The notes beneath the pieces were generated by a model, which was not told the origin of the DNA, searched no databases, and was given only the letters and a program-made list of their open reading frames with translations. The translations under genes and the position numbers were made by a program. Positions 11,415 to 23,960 of a DNA stretch of 64,000 bases are shown piece by piece; within the stretch, counting starts at the first letter, position 1; every line of letters begins with the position of its first letter. This DNA is from Lama guanicoe. Its lineage: Eukaryota. The DNA is taken from NCBI GenBank assembly GCA_013239625.1, contig MU056303.1, positions 8,736,049 through 8,800,048 of the forward strand. The letters are read 5' to 3'.

Positions 11415-14400
11415 CAACTGAGTTATGTTAGAGAGTCACAAATGTGCAGATACCAGAAGAGATCAACAAAATCAGAAACCCGCTCTCCTTCTCAAATCTT
11501 GGCTTTAACCTATATCTTCAGCTATTTCCCTGCTGAAAGTTTACCAGTGCTTCTCAAGTTAGTGAACATATTTCTTTCGAATTTTCCCACTCCTCTTTGC
11601 CATCCTGGGTCCCCTGCAGAGAAATGTGGCAAACGGTACAGGCAAAAGCCAGTACAGGTGGGCAGAAGCACGCCAATTCTAAGAAGCTAATCAGCGTCAG
11701 AATAGTTGAGTTGAAGCACTCTGAAAACTACCCAGCATTATAAAGATGAAATAGCTAGTGGACATCATTTCAGATTCTGATGTATTTTTCTTGGGGTTTC
11801 CAACAGCAATATTTTACGCTAATGAGAGAAACAAAATTGGTAAGAAAAGGCTCTGACGCCAGATCCATAGAATGGGCTGGACTTTTGCAATACAGACAAA
11901 CCTTCATTTTTTTGCATACAAAACATGAAAAAAACGAAAATTAGAGAAGCAGACGATTAGAACACCGTTACTGGAAGCAAACTTTTTGAGACTGCAGTCA
12001 TACGGGAAGAGAATTGGAAAGTTGTCTCATTCAACCTTCTACCTGCATCTTGAATTCTCATATTGATGTTGTTTCTAGAAGTTATTTTTTTTAGAGAAAT
12101 TCAGTTTTCTCAAAGCTAAGAGTGCATTTTTTATTTTCTTTTTTATTTGCCCACCTGGCCCAGTCCCTGCTCCGTGTAAAGAAGTGCCTGAGGAAATGTT
12201 AACAGATCAGATATTTGGAGCCTGAGGGGCCCGCAGGTCCGTGCAGATTATCGATGCAGAACCAAAGCACAATGTATGACCCCAACCCAGCAGCTGCCTA
12301 ACTAGGACTGGAGAGAACTAGAAACCAGTCCTAACTCATTAACGTATGCAAACCTAAATTCTATGGCAATGTAAATCTATGTGGCTGTGGCTGGTCTTTT
12401 AACAAATAAAGACAGTATTTTTCATTAGCCACCTTGCATAATTGTGCACGTACCCCTAACTGGATGAATATTTATTTTTTCAAACTTTCTTCAGATACTA
12501 AAGCAAAAACTTGCAGAAATTCCTTGTGAGGTCAATTTTCTATCATTTTTGGATGGCTTTCATTCATTTCACCATTCAAGAGCCATTTACATCTAACCTG
12601 GAAGAATTGAAAAAGTGATTAAATGGCTAAAAATTCATTGGGTCAGAAATGTGGTGAAATGGCTTTTATTTCAGTGGCTCAAGATTTACTCTTAAAACAC
12701 TTACGGTCATGGCAGCAACACTAGAACACCTTGACTTTGTGTTTAGTTTCGGTTTTTTAATTGTTTGAAAATAGGTGGTAGATTAAATGATCTCTATAGA
12801 CAGTTCAAGTAGTCTATGATTTTATGCAAATAAGTATGTAATCTCCTAAAATCTCTTTGAAGAGGTGATGATCATTTGGATAGAGTTTTAATCAGTTGTG
12901 ATAAAATGTCTCATTACACAGACACACTTCAAGAATTATGTCACAAGTTCGCTCAGTAACTTACTTCTTGCTGTTACAGAGATAATCGCTGGGCATCTTT
13001 TATTTCTATTTAATTAATTTTGGGGAAAGGAAAATCATAACATTAATCTAAAACAGGTTCATAACTGAAGTTCAAAAGCCTAAAGGAACATTAAATCAGT
13101 CATTTTCTTCCCATGGAGTTAAAATTTTCATAATTATCATAATTATTTCAAAATAATAAGGTGCCAAGAGGTAAGAAAATTACTCCTGCCAGAAATTAAC
13201 TGATGGTATTGACAATTCCCTGCAGCCTCCTGCTACTCTGTGTATAAGTACACCATAAAGCACCCGCATGCTGCCTGGTGGATTGTGTCCAATCAATGCA
13301 ATTAGTCTCATTAGTATGGAGTTCAGGAAGCTACCAATGTGACAACCAGAGTAACTCTTCTAAAAATGCTGAATGAAAAATGGTTTTCATCCATTATACA
13401 CATTATTCTGACAGGAAATATTAGTCCAAGCTGCCCTCAGGTCATAAAATAATAACTACCCAACTAACTCTTTTTTACAAAAGCAGAAGGTGGTAACACT
13501 TACACACTCCCCATCCTAAGTGCTGAGAAGGCAACAGGCCAGTCCAACCAACACAAGTTTCCTCTCGTTATACACATCAATCTCCAAGCCTTTAGACAGT
13601 ATCTAAATCCTAACGTTTTATGAAATCAGAAATTACCAACTGACTCTTCAATATGGAGTCTAAGCATGTAAATTAGTGGAGAAATTTATTTCTAACTCTT
13701 TGTGTGATGGCCAAGCACTTCCAAATGGCAACCAAAACAATCAATCAATGCAATGAACCAGAATATTTTTTAAGAAGCCTCCAACAACCTCTGACTTTCT
13801 TCAGTTGGAAGGGAACAGATTTCACCTCTTCACATTCTTACAACACAGTGCATTCTCTAAAGAAAACAGACAGCATTTGCCTTCGTGGCCCTTATTTTTC
13901 TGAAACCAAGAAGGCTCCTGAAAGAATGAGATTTGAGATAAAGCAAATGACACAGCAGTTAAAGAGATGCAGCAGACCAAAATATTGTTTGGCTCATTTA
14001 TTGTCAAGTTTGATGGAGACGGTGCAGTCTCCTCCCAGCTGAATAACATCAGGCTAATTATTTTGAATAATAGTGGAATAAACACAACGAATTGCCATCC
14101 AGGGATTATACAAGTCTGAGCTGTAACACAATATGCTTCTACTAATTCATTTTAAGACTCACTTTCTCTCTCCCACAGAACTCACGCGCTGGATTAGATT
14201 TGACAAGCAAAACCCGATCAACAAAAAGAAACCTGTTATTTTGGTTTGGGTGAGAGAATTATTTTACTGTTTATTAGTTTTTAAAACACTAAAGCGTGTT
14301 GACAAGATTAATATAACAGGCATTAGTCTGGATGGCTACTTTAATTTTTAACGTGTTTGGAGCCATTTTAGATTTTAGCCCCTTTGCACATAATATTGAT

Positions 14401-15869
14401 ATTTTCATTTTTCTTCAAAACTGTTGAAAGCAATGTGTTTCCAAACTAAACACATGACGTTAAGCCCTGAATCAGGGTCTACGCAATGACATTGACTTAA
14501 ATTCTGGGATTCTCTGTACCCCCTCGAACTACCTGGTGATTTTAAACTTCACGTAGCGTAAGTGAGTACACGCACTAAGGAAAAAAGCATATCCTAATTA
14601 AGTCTATCATTCTGGCTAGTAAGATTAAATTATACATACTCTCAAGGGTCTTCTGGTCACCACATGAAGGCAAGGAAGAATTGCTAATTTGAAGTAGAAT
14701 AATTTTAAAAAGTCGTGCATACCCTGGATATTCCACTGGAATATAATAAAGACTTTTTTCTTTGTCTGTGCACTTATCTCTTCACCCCCAAACACCTGTC
14801 ACATTCTTTCAATTTTTTTCCTTTCAAATGAAATCCCATAAGTTATTTTTCTCAGGGGATCGTGAAGCTCATTACCAACAGTTGGCCTGATTTTACTTCA
14901 TTCTTTTATTTCACGTATATAAGAACTGGGCACAGGTCATGGCTGGAGGGGCGCCTCTTTATCCTCTGGATGATGCAGGCAGAGAAACAAAAAAGGTAAC
15001 GGGAAAATGGAAATTGCTTTACTGACATTCTGGCTGGGAAATAAATTAACATGGAAATTCTACCAGGGATATTTCACTGACAAAGGAGACACTCTTGAAA
15101 ATGCCCGATGAAAGGTAAAAAGAGGGGCAGCTTTCTGTTCCAGATGGAAGATAAGGGGGGCAGCTTTCTGTCTGTCCCCTATTCTCACAAAAGCCACTTC
15201 AGAACCTCTGTCTTCTACCACCAAGTACTCAGAGATGTCACACTTTTAGGCATGACTTCTAAAAATGTTGCGTCTCTTGGGGCCATGTTGTGAACGCAAA
15301 GACAGGGGAACAGAATCAGTTGGTACGCCCAATGTCACCCAAAAGGCTGTATGTGGCTAGACCCCAGTGTTAGCTACATTATTCTGTTAATGGATCCAGC
15401 TTGGTCTTTATGCTGTTGGATAAGGCCAGGACACAAACAATTCTTATGTTTCGACCAAGCGAAGGGTCCCAGAGAGTTTTTAGTGATAGTATTTTTGGAG
15501 AACATAGGGAAAGAAGATTCCTATTAAGTTTGACTCCAAAAGTAGGAATTCTTAAGTCAGTAATTTAAATGCCTAGCACAGTTCCTTATTTAAAGATATT
15601 AAGTAAAATGTTCCCAAGTCTGGAAAACAAATCAGAAACCAGGGTAAAAGGAAAATCACTTTTAGTGACAAAGTATTGAGTGGCAGCAAAGGGTGATAGA
15701 ATCTTTCCCTCCCTAACTCCACCCTTCTTACTGATAATTTGTTCCCACACCTAGATCCCAGCAAACATTCTAAAACCCAAGAAAAGGTATAGCAGGGAGG
15801 GAGTCCCAGGCACAAAAGTTAATGTGCTGACTTAAATAACTCAAGAAGCAGAAATAAATTAAGGAAATG

Positions 15870-16886
15870 TGTTACCCAATCTAATTTAACCAAAATCTAA
15901 TGGGAGACTTTATCAGAACTGGGGAGATCCGTCAGACATGATTTATTATTAGGAAGTAGAATTGCTCTACTTTAGAATTCTTAAATGTGCCAACTTAAAG
16001 TTGTCACTCGCCATCTGATGCTACAAGAATGAAGTCACTGGTTACTGAGGTCGCTGACCTTCGGTACACATCCTGAAAGGAGTTCAGGGAGATCACAAAT
16101 GAGACGCTCTGTGCTCTGGGAAAAAACCCGCAGCACAGGCCTTCAGAGAGTCAGATATTTTTAAGAGAAGATTTTCGGAATCTGTTCTTGTTGCATGAGC
16201 GCTCTGAAAAGCAGGGAAATGATTAATGGAGACATCCGCTCCTCGTGATCAGCAGCATCCTTCTTGACACTAGCAGTGACCTTCTGCCAAAATGTGTGCT
16301 TGATTGGACATATCCCCTTCAACAAAGTCTCATATATACTGACCTCCTCCACTACCCCCACCTTTTTTTTTAACGATACGTACAAGCTTTCTTTTAATAT
16401 ATATACCACACAGATATAATATGTGTAGTATAAACAGTATCTACTACAACCTTACGAAAATGAAATATCTGCACATCGTACTCCTAACCCACATTAGAAT
16501 AATTTAAACATGCTTCAAATAAAGCAAAACCTAACAGCTCAAAGAAAATGCCGGAAGGATTGAAAAAAATGACCTTTTGAAAGCTATTAATCACAACTTC
16601 CTCACCTTTTCCCACATTAATTAATTAGAATGCAATTTTACTTTAAGGATCCTAAGTCATTCTAAGTCATCTGTTCAAAAGGCATATAAACTAATTTACA
16701 AATTCTGATCAGTGTAATCTAGTTTTCTGATCCACAGTAAATTCAAATAACTTAAATCTTTACAACTATTGGTGGGAGCAGTTCCTCAGAGATATCTGAG
16801 AGGCTGTCTCCTGGCCCATAGTCCTCATTTTGCCCCAAATAAAACGACTCACAACTGTCACGTTGTGCTTTTTTTTTTTATCAACA
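15870..16886 (+). mobile_element. ERV1-class solo LTR (MER41-like by recall), interrupted by an insertion
   Basis: TG at 15870, CA at 16886, perfect 4-bp TSD AATG (15866-15869 / 16887-16890), AATAAA near 16838 in a typical gtcctcattttgccccaaataaaac R/U5 context; about 605 bp without the insert. Confidence 0.8.
16363..16774 (-). pseudogene. Probable retrocopied mRNA 3'-UTR fragment, parent gene unknown
   Basis: Minus strand: AT-rich non-repeat-like sequence, ATTAAA (16398-16393), 21 nt, then A9; it splits otherwise contiguous LTR sequence. Confidence 0.65.
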
Positions 16887-17477
16887 AATGTTTGATGTAA
16901 CCAGTAAGATGGAAATAAATTATCAGCGTAAGCTCAGCAGCAACATTGTTTTGATCTGGTAATATCACAGTGCTTTATAAATATGAAATTGGCCAACAAG
17001 CCATATTTGTCATCACCAATAATGAAAGGACTAAATAGAAAAATGTGCTCAAAAGGAACAGACAAGTTAAACTGGCCACAATAGTTGCAACAGATAGTTT
17101 CTGAAGGCTTCTGCACAGCGATCACCAGCCAAACCTGTGGCATCTTAACTGCTCTAAAAATGATCAGGTTGGTTTTGATGAATTCCATTCTTTGATTCAA
17201 AGATCATAGTCGCTATTTAAATGATGCTAAGTGAATTCTCCCCTTTGATTTCTATATATTCTCAGATCAGACATGGAAATATTGACTCAAGAAAGCTCCT
17301 TGCCCCTCCTTTACACTGAGTGTTTACATCAGTCAGAGCCTCCTGCCACAAAAAACAAGAAATTAAACCAGCCCAACGGGGTAGTAAAATTTGTTTTAAA
17401 AAAAAAACTGGGAGAAGATGAAAAGCAAGTAGTTCCCTGAGGTATTTACAGAATCTGAAAAGGAGTTAAACACCTAC

Positions 17478-17529
17478 CCGAAAGGGGAGCAAGGAGGAAA
17501 GTGGCCATCAGAAGAAGCCCCTGGAACAT
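17478..17529 (-). CDS. ADAM28: ADAM28 exon 1 coding part (signal peptide MFQGLLLMATFLLAPLS, 52 nt, phase 1)
   Basis: ATG in context cccaacATG (A at -3), hydrophobic peptide, donor G|gtaggt at 17477. Confidence 0.93.
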
Positions 17530-17720
17530 GTTGGGTGATCTCACGAGCGTGGTGTCTGCCCTTCCTGCTCAGACGTGCACTGCTCTGTAGTCGGTCACTG
17601 CCTCCTCTCAAGTGAGACGATGAAAACCCAGGGTTCATTCTTGTCTCTGCTTCAGGAAGTGTTTAACAAAGGTGTTGCACAACCTCCAAGCTGTGATCCT
17701 GCCACAATGGTACAGCAGGT
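17530..17720 (-). promoter_or_regulatory. ADAM28: ADAM28 5'UTR and TATA-less core promoter (TSS about 17612-17618)
   Basis: Minus-strand gtctcacttgagaggaggcag... resembles the remembered human ADAM28 mRNA start; Inr-like CTCACTT; ETS/PU.1-type CAGGAAGTG at 17653-17661; no TATA box seen. Confidence 0.65.
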
Positions 17721-17821
17721 GCAAGTTCTGGCTGCTGCCTGGCTCTAACATTCCTTTACCCTAAGCTATTGTTTCTCTTTCTTCCTTTCCCATCTTCCCC
17801 CTTCAAAGGTAGTACATTTCC

Positions 17822-18038
17822 TACTGTATAGCACAGGGAACTATATTCAGTGGCTTGTAGCAACCTGTAATGAAAAAGAATATGTATGTGTGTGTATATA
17901 TATATGTGTGTGTGTGTGTGTATATATATATGTATATATATATGTATAACTGAATCACTGTGCTGTACACCAGAAACTAATACAACATTGTCAATCAAAA
18001 TAAATTAATAACATGCAAAAAAAATGAAAAAAACAAAA
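17822..18038 (+). mobile_element. 5'-truncated L1 3' end with internal (TG/TA)n, in the ADAM28 proximal promoter
   Basis: ctgtatagcacagggaactatattc... L1 3'UTR, A-rich tail, 12-bp TSD tagtacatttcc (17810-17821 / 18039-18050). Confidence 0.9.
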
Positions 18039-18529
18039 TAGTACATTTCCAATAATAAGCCACGATGAGAACGGCTTTGATGTATCTTAGTAAATATGTG
18101 TGTATTTATTATGTATAATAAAGATATATCTATTTATATATGTATTTGCTATGTTTGCAAAAAGTTACTGAGAATGTTATTCTTCTCTCACATGTATGTG
18201 TGGCTCAATGAAGCCACTTCTGATCTGATCCAATTATTATGTAAAATTCTCTTTTCCAAGTATCTTGTCTCCTTAGCCTCACTCTTAGAAGATGGTCATC
18301 TCCGGGAGCTTGAACTGTTATGAAATAAGAATGTATGACATACAAACGCAGGGTTTTTCAGATCCCCAAGGGTATTTGTATCATTAACAACCACCAGGAG
18401 AAGTTTGGGGGTGGGGGCCGGATAAAATTTCCAGGAAAATTTCAGGAGCTGTCACAGGTGGTAATGAGGCTGAGTCGGCATGCTCAGACATCACACTGCA
18501 TAACTACTTAAATAGCGAATATTAACCAA

Positions 18530-18790
18530 GCTGCTTACTAAGTTCCTAGTCCTTTATACTTATTATTATATTAATTCTTATGATACTGCAGTGTGGTAAA
18601 TACCACTTTACCTCTATTTTGTATATGAAAAACACTGGGGTTTAAAAAGATAAAAAATTCAAAAGATTAAAACTCAGTTTTCCTCATTTTATAGACTAAA
18701 AAGCTTAAAGAGCTTGCCCAAAGTCACTTGTCTAGTGGGAGTGGAATTTGAACCTGGTTTTGTCTGGGCTCTTACACACCCTAATGTTTC
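18530..18790 (-). mobile_element. MIR
   Basis: cctctattttgtatatgaaaacactgggg...cttgcccaaagtcac...ggaatttgaacctgg. Confidence 0.6.
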
Positions 18791-21299
18791 CTGCTTACAC
18801 AGATGATTTATACACCCAGTTACATTTCCGTTGAGAAATATATATATATATATATTTCTATTCCTATTAAAAATTCCTATTAAAAATCCTGATGGATTAT
18901 TGCAAAACCCATTCCTGGTCCACTAAAATTATGCACCATTTTATGGATTTGGAAAAACATTCATTTAGTAGTGATTTCAGTGAAAAGGGGTACCTCTAAA
19001 TGACCGTGTAGTCTTGGCTAACAGCCATAAGGGGATTTTTTTCACCTAACTACGAAGTATTTCAGCCATCAGGATTAGGAAACTCACCGACTTCTTGTCT
19101 CTTCAATCTAATTCCTACTTCTCTGTGTTTTTCAGGGAATAGAAGGAATACATCCTCTTTTAAATTATTGCATGGTTTTTCTCCATTGATTATATACATT
19201 CATTAATACCTATTATATGTAAGACCCTGAGGTCACAATTTAAAATACAGTCATTTCCTTTGAGATGCTCTCAGTCTGGTGAGGGAGAGAGGCAAGAACA
19301 GCTACCACGAGGTTGTGAAAAGTGCATACCACCTAGGTGTCATAATGCATTGTGGTTAGTGCTGTGGTAGATCTAGGCACAGAGGTCAGAGGCAACCTCT
19401 GTGCCTAAATCGTAGCAGGGCAAGGAAGGCTTCCTGGAGGCAGAAACAATGAGGTCATTGAGGAATCAGCCATGAGAAGAAGTGAGGAGGATCTACCACA
19501 ACACATTAGCTGATGGCTGGCAATATTTTGATATTGTTGGTGCAAAGAGTTTCTGGGGGAATGGGAAGAGACCCTACTAAATATAAAGTTTATGTTTGGC
19601 TTTGTCCCCAGAGGGAATGGGCACCACTGGTAGGTTCTAGTCAGTTCTGGGGTGCTGAGGTGGGCAGCACACCGGAAGTGAGGAATGACTGCAGTTTGCA
19701 TGGCAATGCATGTGGCATTTTTAAACTAGAAATTTTTTTTCAGTTCTCTTCAAATCTCCTGCAGTCTTGATATGCCTTTGACTGCTTTTTCTTCATGCTA
19801 CTGTTCTCACAAGTTTTGGCAGATCTACAGAGCATGGGGTTATATTTATAATCCCCTCGAATGTCAAATAACATATACTGATCTCTAAATAAATTCATTC
19901 TCTGCTTTCCTGGTTATCTACTTGAAAATTAATCAAGCAAACATAAAAGTTGAATTTTGACATCCAGCTTAATTTCCCCCTTTGTTTGTTTGCGATAGAT
20001 GCAGATTTATCATTTCCTTTTTTTAATCATCATTATTGGTCAAATTCTTCGCAGAAACAGAAAATAAATGGAACAAAAAAGAGCTACATGAGCTGTATTT
20101 CATAATATAGTAAATTCAAAATACTGCAATAAAATGTGAAAAAACATAAGCTAGCACTTAGAGACAGTGATTAAAGTATATTTATCAATGACGTTTTATA
20201 CACACACATACATATGTCGGCTACATACATGTGGGTTTATATATACTGTTTACTTATGTTATTTAAGCATAAATATATACGTATATACATAGGTGTGTTT
20301 ATGTGTATATTACATATACGTACACATATATACATATATGTATGATATATGTACTATATTATATATATACACACACATACTTAGGATATTATCTACTATA
20401 GGATGTAACAGTATAATAAGGTATCAGAGCTGCAAAGGGAAGTGTGGACTAGCGTAATACTGGATTTGAATTTTAGAACAATTAGTTTGACACCATAATA
20501 GAGAATGGCTGAAGCCAGATTAGAGCAGAGCAAAGGAACCAGTTAGAAGTGAATAAAAGATTCAGTAGAAGCAATAGGCATAGAAAGAAGGGCACAGATT
20601 TGAGAAGGTTTATGAAGCAGAATTGGTAAGATTTAGTTATTAATAAGACTTAGTTACTGAGGGTGCTGAAATTAAGAAGCTTTGTTCATTCATTTTTTTA
20701 TGTCTACTATGTGCCAGTTACTGCACAAGGCTTTGGTGATTAAACTTTGAAAACAGACAGTTCACAGATGCATGGAGCTTAGAGTCCAGTTGGAAAGGGC
20801 AGGGTGGATAACAAAATGCTATGAAGAAAGGGTGGGAAGTCCTGAAGGGAGTCTATTCGTCTTTCCTAAAGTTCCTTCCATGTGGAGGGGACTCGGCTGC
20901 ATACGCTCCAGCCCCTTTCTGCCCCTTCTCTTCGTCTACTAGGGAAGTGGAATGACTTATCTGCCCGGCCCCTTCCCCTTCTCTTGGGAGCCAGATGTGG
21001 ACAGGGAGAGAGCACACATCTGTTTTCCATGCCCGTGTCCAGGGGGCTGTGGAGACCAGTCCTCACATGGGACTGAGCACGTTCACCCTGTGGTATTCCT
21101 GGCACAGGTAGGAGAGCCCTCCGAATTCTAAGGATGAGTGTTAGCAAACATGGTTGCCCACAGTTAAGTCACATTTTCCTGTATTCAGCTTCATCGATTA
21201 CAAAGAGGCTACTTATACAGCGTCTGCTTTAACTTTGTCTTGTTTCTTAGACGGCTCAGAAATCTGGTGGGGAATGTTTTTAGTTGATCTATTCTAAAG

Positions 21300-22210
21300 C
21301 CCAGCATAAAGGAACAAAGAGGCAGCAGACCTGGGGCTACTTCTGCTTTTCTCAGGAGGTAACACTATGCTAGGCTCTAAATGACGAGAATGCAGGCATG
21401 GGAAAATGTGAGGGAAGAGCACTGCGGCAGAGGGAATAGACAATGCGAAAGGATTATGGCTGAAGCACAGCTGACGTATCCAAGAACTAAAAGCAAGCTG
21501 GTGTGGCTGGAGGAACTGAAGAAGAAGAGAGGAAACTGGGGATGTGGGCAAAGGATCAAATAACTGGGCTTTGAAGAATCTTATATGAAGTGCAATGAGA
21601 AATTCTTGGTGGAACTTAAGATAAGTTGTGTCACCTTCCTAAAAGATTATTCACACAATAAAGAGAGTAATATAGTCAGAAAGAGATCGGAAAATGGAAA
21701 AAGAAATAATTAGGAAGCTACTAAGTCATGTTATCAAAGAAATAATGGGCCAGTATGGTGGCAGTAAAGATGCAGGTCAGAACTCAGGTGAAGGACATAT
21801 TTAGGAAGTAGGGAATGATACTAACTCACCTGATCTTTTCATGGGAAACCAATTTTATTGTTCCCAGAGAGAGTAGATTCACCAGTAGAGCAGCTCAGAA
21901 GGAAAGCATTAGCTTGGTTTGGGAAGTGTTACATAGAGGCAGGACATCCAGCCTTTATTTAGAAACGTGGATCTGGAACTCAGACTTGAGATCTATTTCA
22001 AAAAATAACAGATTGCCTGCATTGAGCTTTTCCATGTGAATTAGCACTTTTTATCCTCACAACATTCCTACGGACTAGGTAGTAGTTTCATTATCATTTT
22101 AAGGAAGAAGGATACACCGAGGTAGAGAGAGGTTAAGTAAAATCCTGCCCTGATTCTGCAAAAGAAGCAAGATTTAGACCCAAGCAGCATGGGGCAAGGG
22201 ACATCCTATT
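21300..22210 (-). mobile_element. L2 fragments followed by a MIR
   Basis: gcaagctggtgtggctggag...; atcctcacaacattcc...agagaggttaagtaa. Confidence 0.55.
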
Positions 22211-23439
22211 AACACCTATCTTATAGGTTCTCCAGAATTGCCTGGCAGAGCACACTCTTGAATAAGATTCTCCGGGTGAATAAGCTTATGTGCTATCTTG
22301 TGTTATTATTTATTCATAAAAATTTTCCTCAATTAGATTTCAAAATTCCTGGGGCCAATATAGTCATTGCATGATTCCCCCCACAAACCCTTGTATCCCA
22401 AAGCTCAAAGGATTTTTATTAATCTATGTTAATGAAAAGTTATTTCACTACAACTAATCCAGGGACCATGGATATCACACAGCATGTGATTTTGGGAAGT
22501 GATCACCTGCTCCTACAGAGCCAAGAACATATGGCGTTATCCCCGCGCCCAGGACAGACAGCGTCTGTTTGCTGTTCTTGCTCAGCTCACGTGACCTCAC
22601 AACAGTTCTCTGGTTGGGGATGCAGTCGTCTGCCAACGGATCCTCATTGTCAATCCACAGAAATAACGTTTCTCTAATAGCATGATAAGGTAGTATCGTT
22701 CAGGAGAACAATTAGGTTTTCCAAATTCACACTGCAAGGTATTATCAGAATAGAAATCCAGACTAAGAAGGAATCTCTCCTTTAATAATACTGATAACAA
22801 CTACAATAATAGTGGAGATGGCTAATTCTCTGAACTCTTACTAAAGTGCCAGAAACCTGACTTAACACTTTCAATACGTGATCTTCACTCCTCACAAAAA
22901 AAATCTGACAAGAGCAGCAGCAGACGTTGTGCTATGAGAAGGAGCACAGAAATACAGGTGCAAGTTCGTGCTCAGCCACCTGCCTACTGCACGGGGAATG
23001 TAACTTTCTCGTAAACCTTGACTATGGACAAGGTTAAGTTCCAGAGACAGACATATGACCAATTAACTCCCAGCCTTCTGCTTCACTGGAGTTTATGAAG
23101 ATCAGATGATACTACATACTTGATAAGCAATTGTAAAATGGTTGTTGTGATCTCTATTCTACACAAACTTCTCTTAGCTAAATGTCACCTAAAAGGATTC
23201 AAACAAAATGATCCATTTTTAATCATTTGATTGAATTCACTGAAATGCAGAGAGTTGGCACTGAGTGAATTAAATAGCTTGCAGAGATGCTATTAAAGCA
23301 TATGCTGCAAGGAGTTAAGAAAGTCGGGTTTCAGCGTGGCTGGTCCTTCTCTCTGCTCTATGCATGCACTGTATACAGGTTGAAAATTTATCTGATCATG
23401 TTTCTATACAGAACAAACAAACAAAAAATACTTCGACAA

Positions 23440-23960
23440 AAAATACTTCGAGACTGGTTGTCAAATTTAAGATTTTTACACATTTTAAAAAATTTTGAAC
23501 AAATAATTCCTCCCCTGAGAATCTAAGAAAATTGTCTGAAATATAAAATAGTTTATGCATTATCAAATGTTAATTACATTATTTATAAAGGATAAAACTA
23601 AAACTAAGTGTCCAAAAATAAAAAGATGGGTATATAATCAACTACATGCCTACTCAATGAAATATTAAACCACTTACAATGAAATTTAATTACAGGAAAT
23701 TCTGACATTATAATATTGGAACAAAAATGAAGCCATAAATTTATATACAAAATGTTTGCAACTAAACAGAAACTTCAAAAGCCTATTTGGAGCAAAAAAG
23801 TAAAAACAAACAAACAAAAAATCTCAAATATTTAGAGAGGCTTTTCTGTATGTGCTGGGAAGACAAGTATTTTTACCTCTTTTCTTTCTGTATTTCTTAA
23901 TTTTTAAGTAGTGGTTTCTATTATTCTTGTAATTTAAAAATTACATAAAATAAAGACAAA
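23440..23960 (+). mobile_element. L1ME-like 3' end
   Basis: aaactaagtgtccaaaaat...caatgaaatatta pattern of old L1 3'UTR. Confidence 0.5.

Larger units (their letters stand above)
349..17618 (-). other. ADAM28: ADAM28 gene span, exons 1-7 (3' part outside the window)
   Basis: Spliced translation, 219 aa: [219 protein letters not shown]. It closely matches the remembered ADAM28 N-terminus. All introns are GT-AG with compatible phases. Confidence 0.96.

Noticed and set aside
16114-16122. STAT1 GAS site in the MER41-like LTR
   Set aside because: Sequence is CTCTGGGAA, not TTC-N3-GAA; I saw no intact GAS in this copy, so an interferon-inducible enhancer is unsupported.
349-17529. Alternative identity as ADAMDEC1 or ADAM7
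   Set aside because: [32 protein letters not shown] and KYIEYYLVLDN, plus the 5'UTR, match ADAM28 as recalled, not its neighbouring paralogs.
23421-23451. 15-bp tandem duplication (similar short ones near 18860 and 56592)
   Set aside because: Ordinary slippage events with no evident motif.
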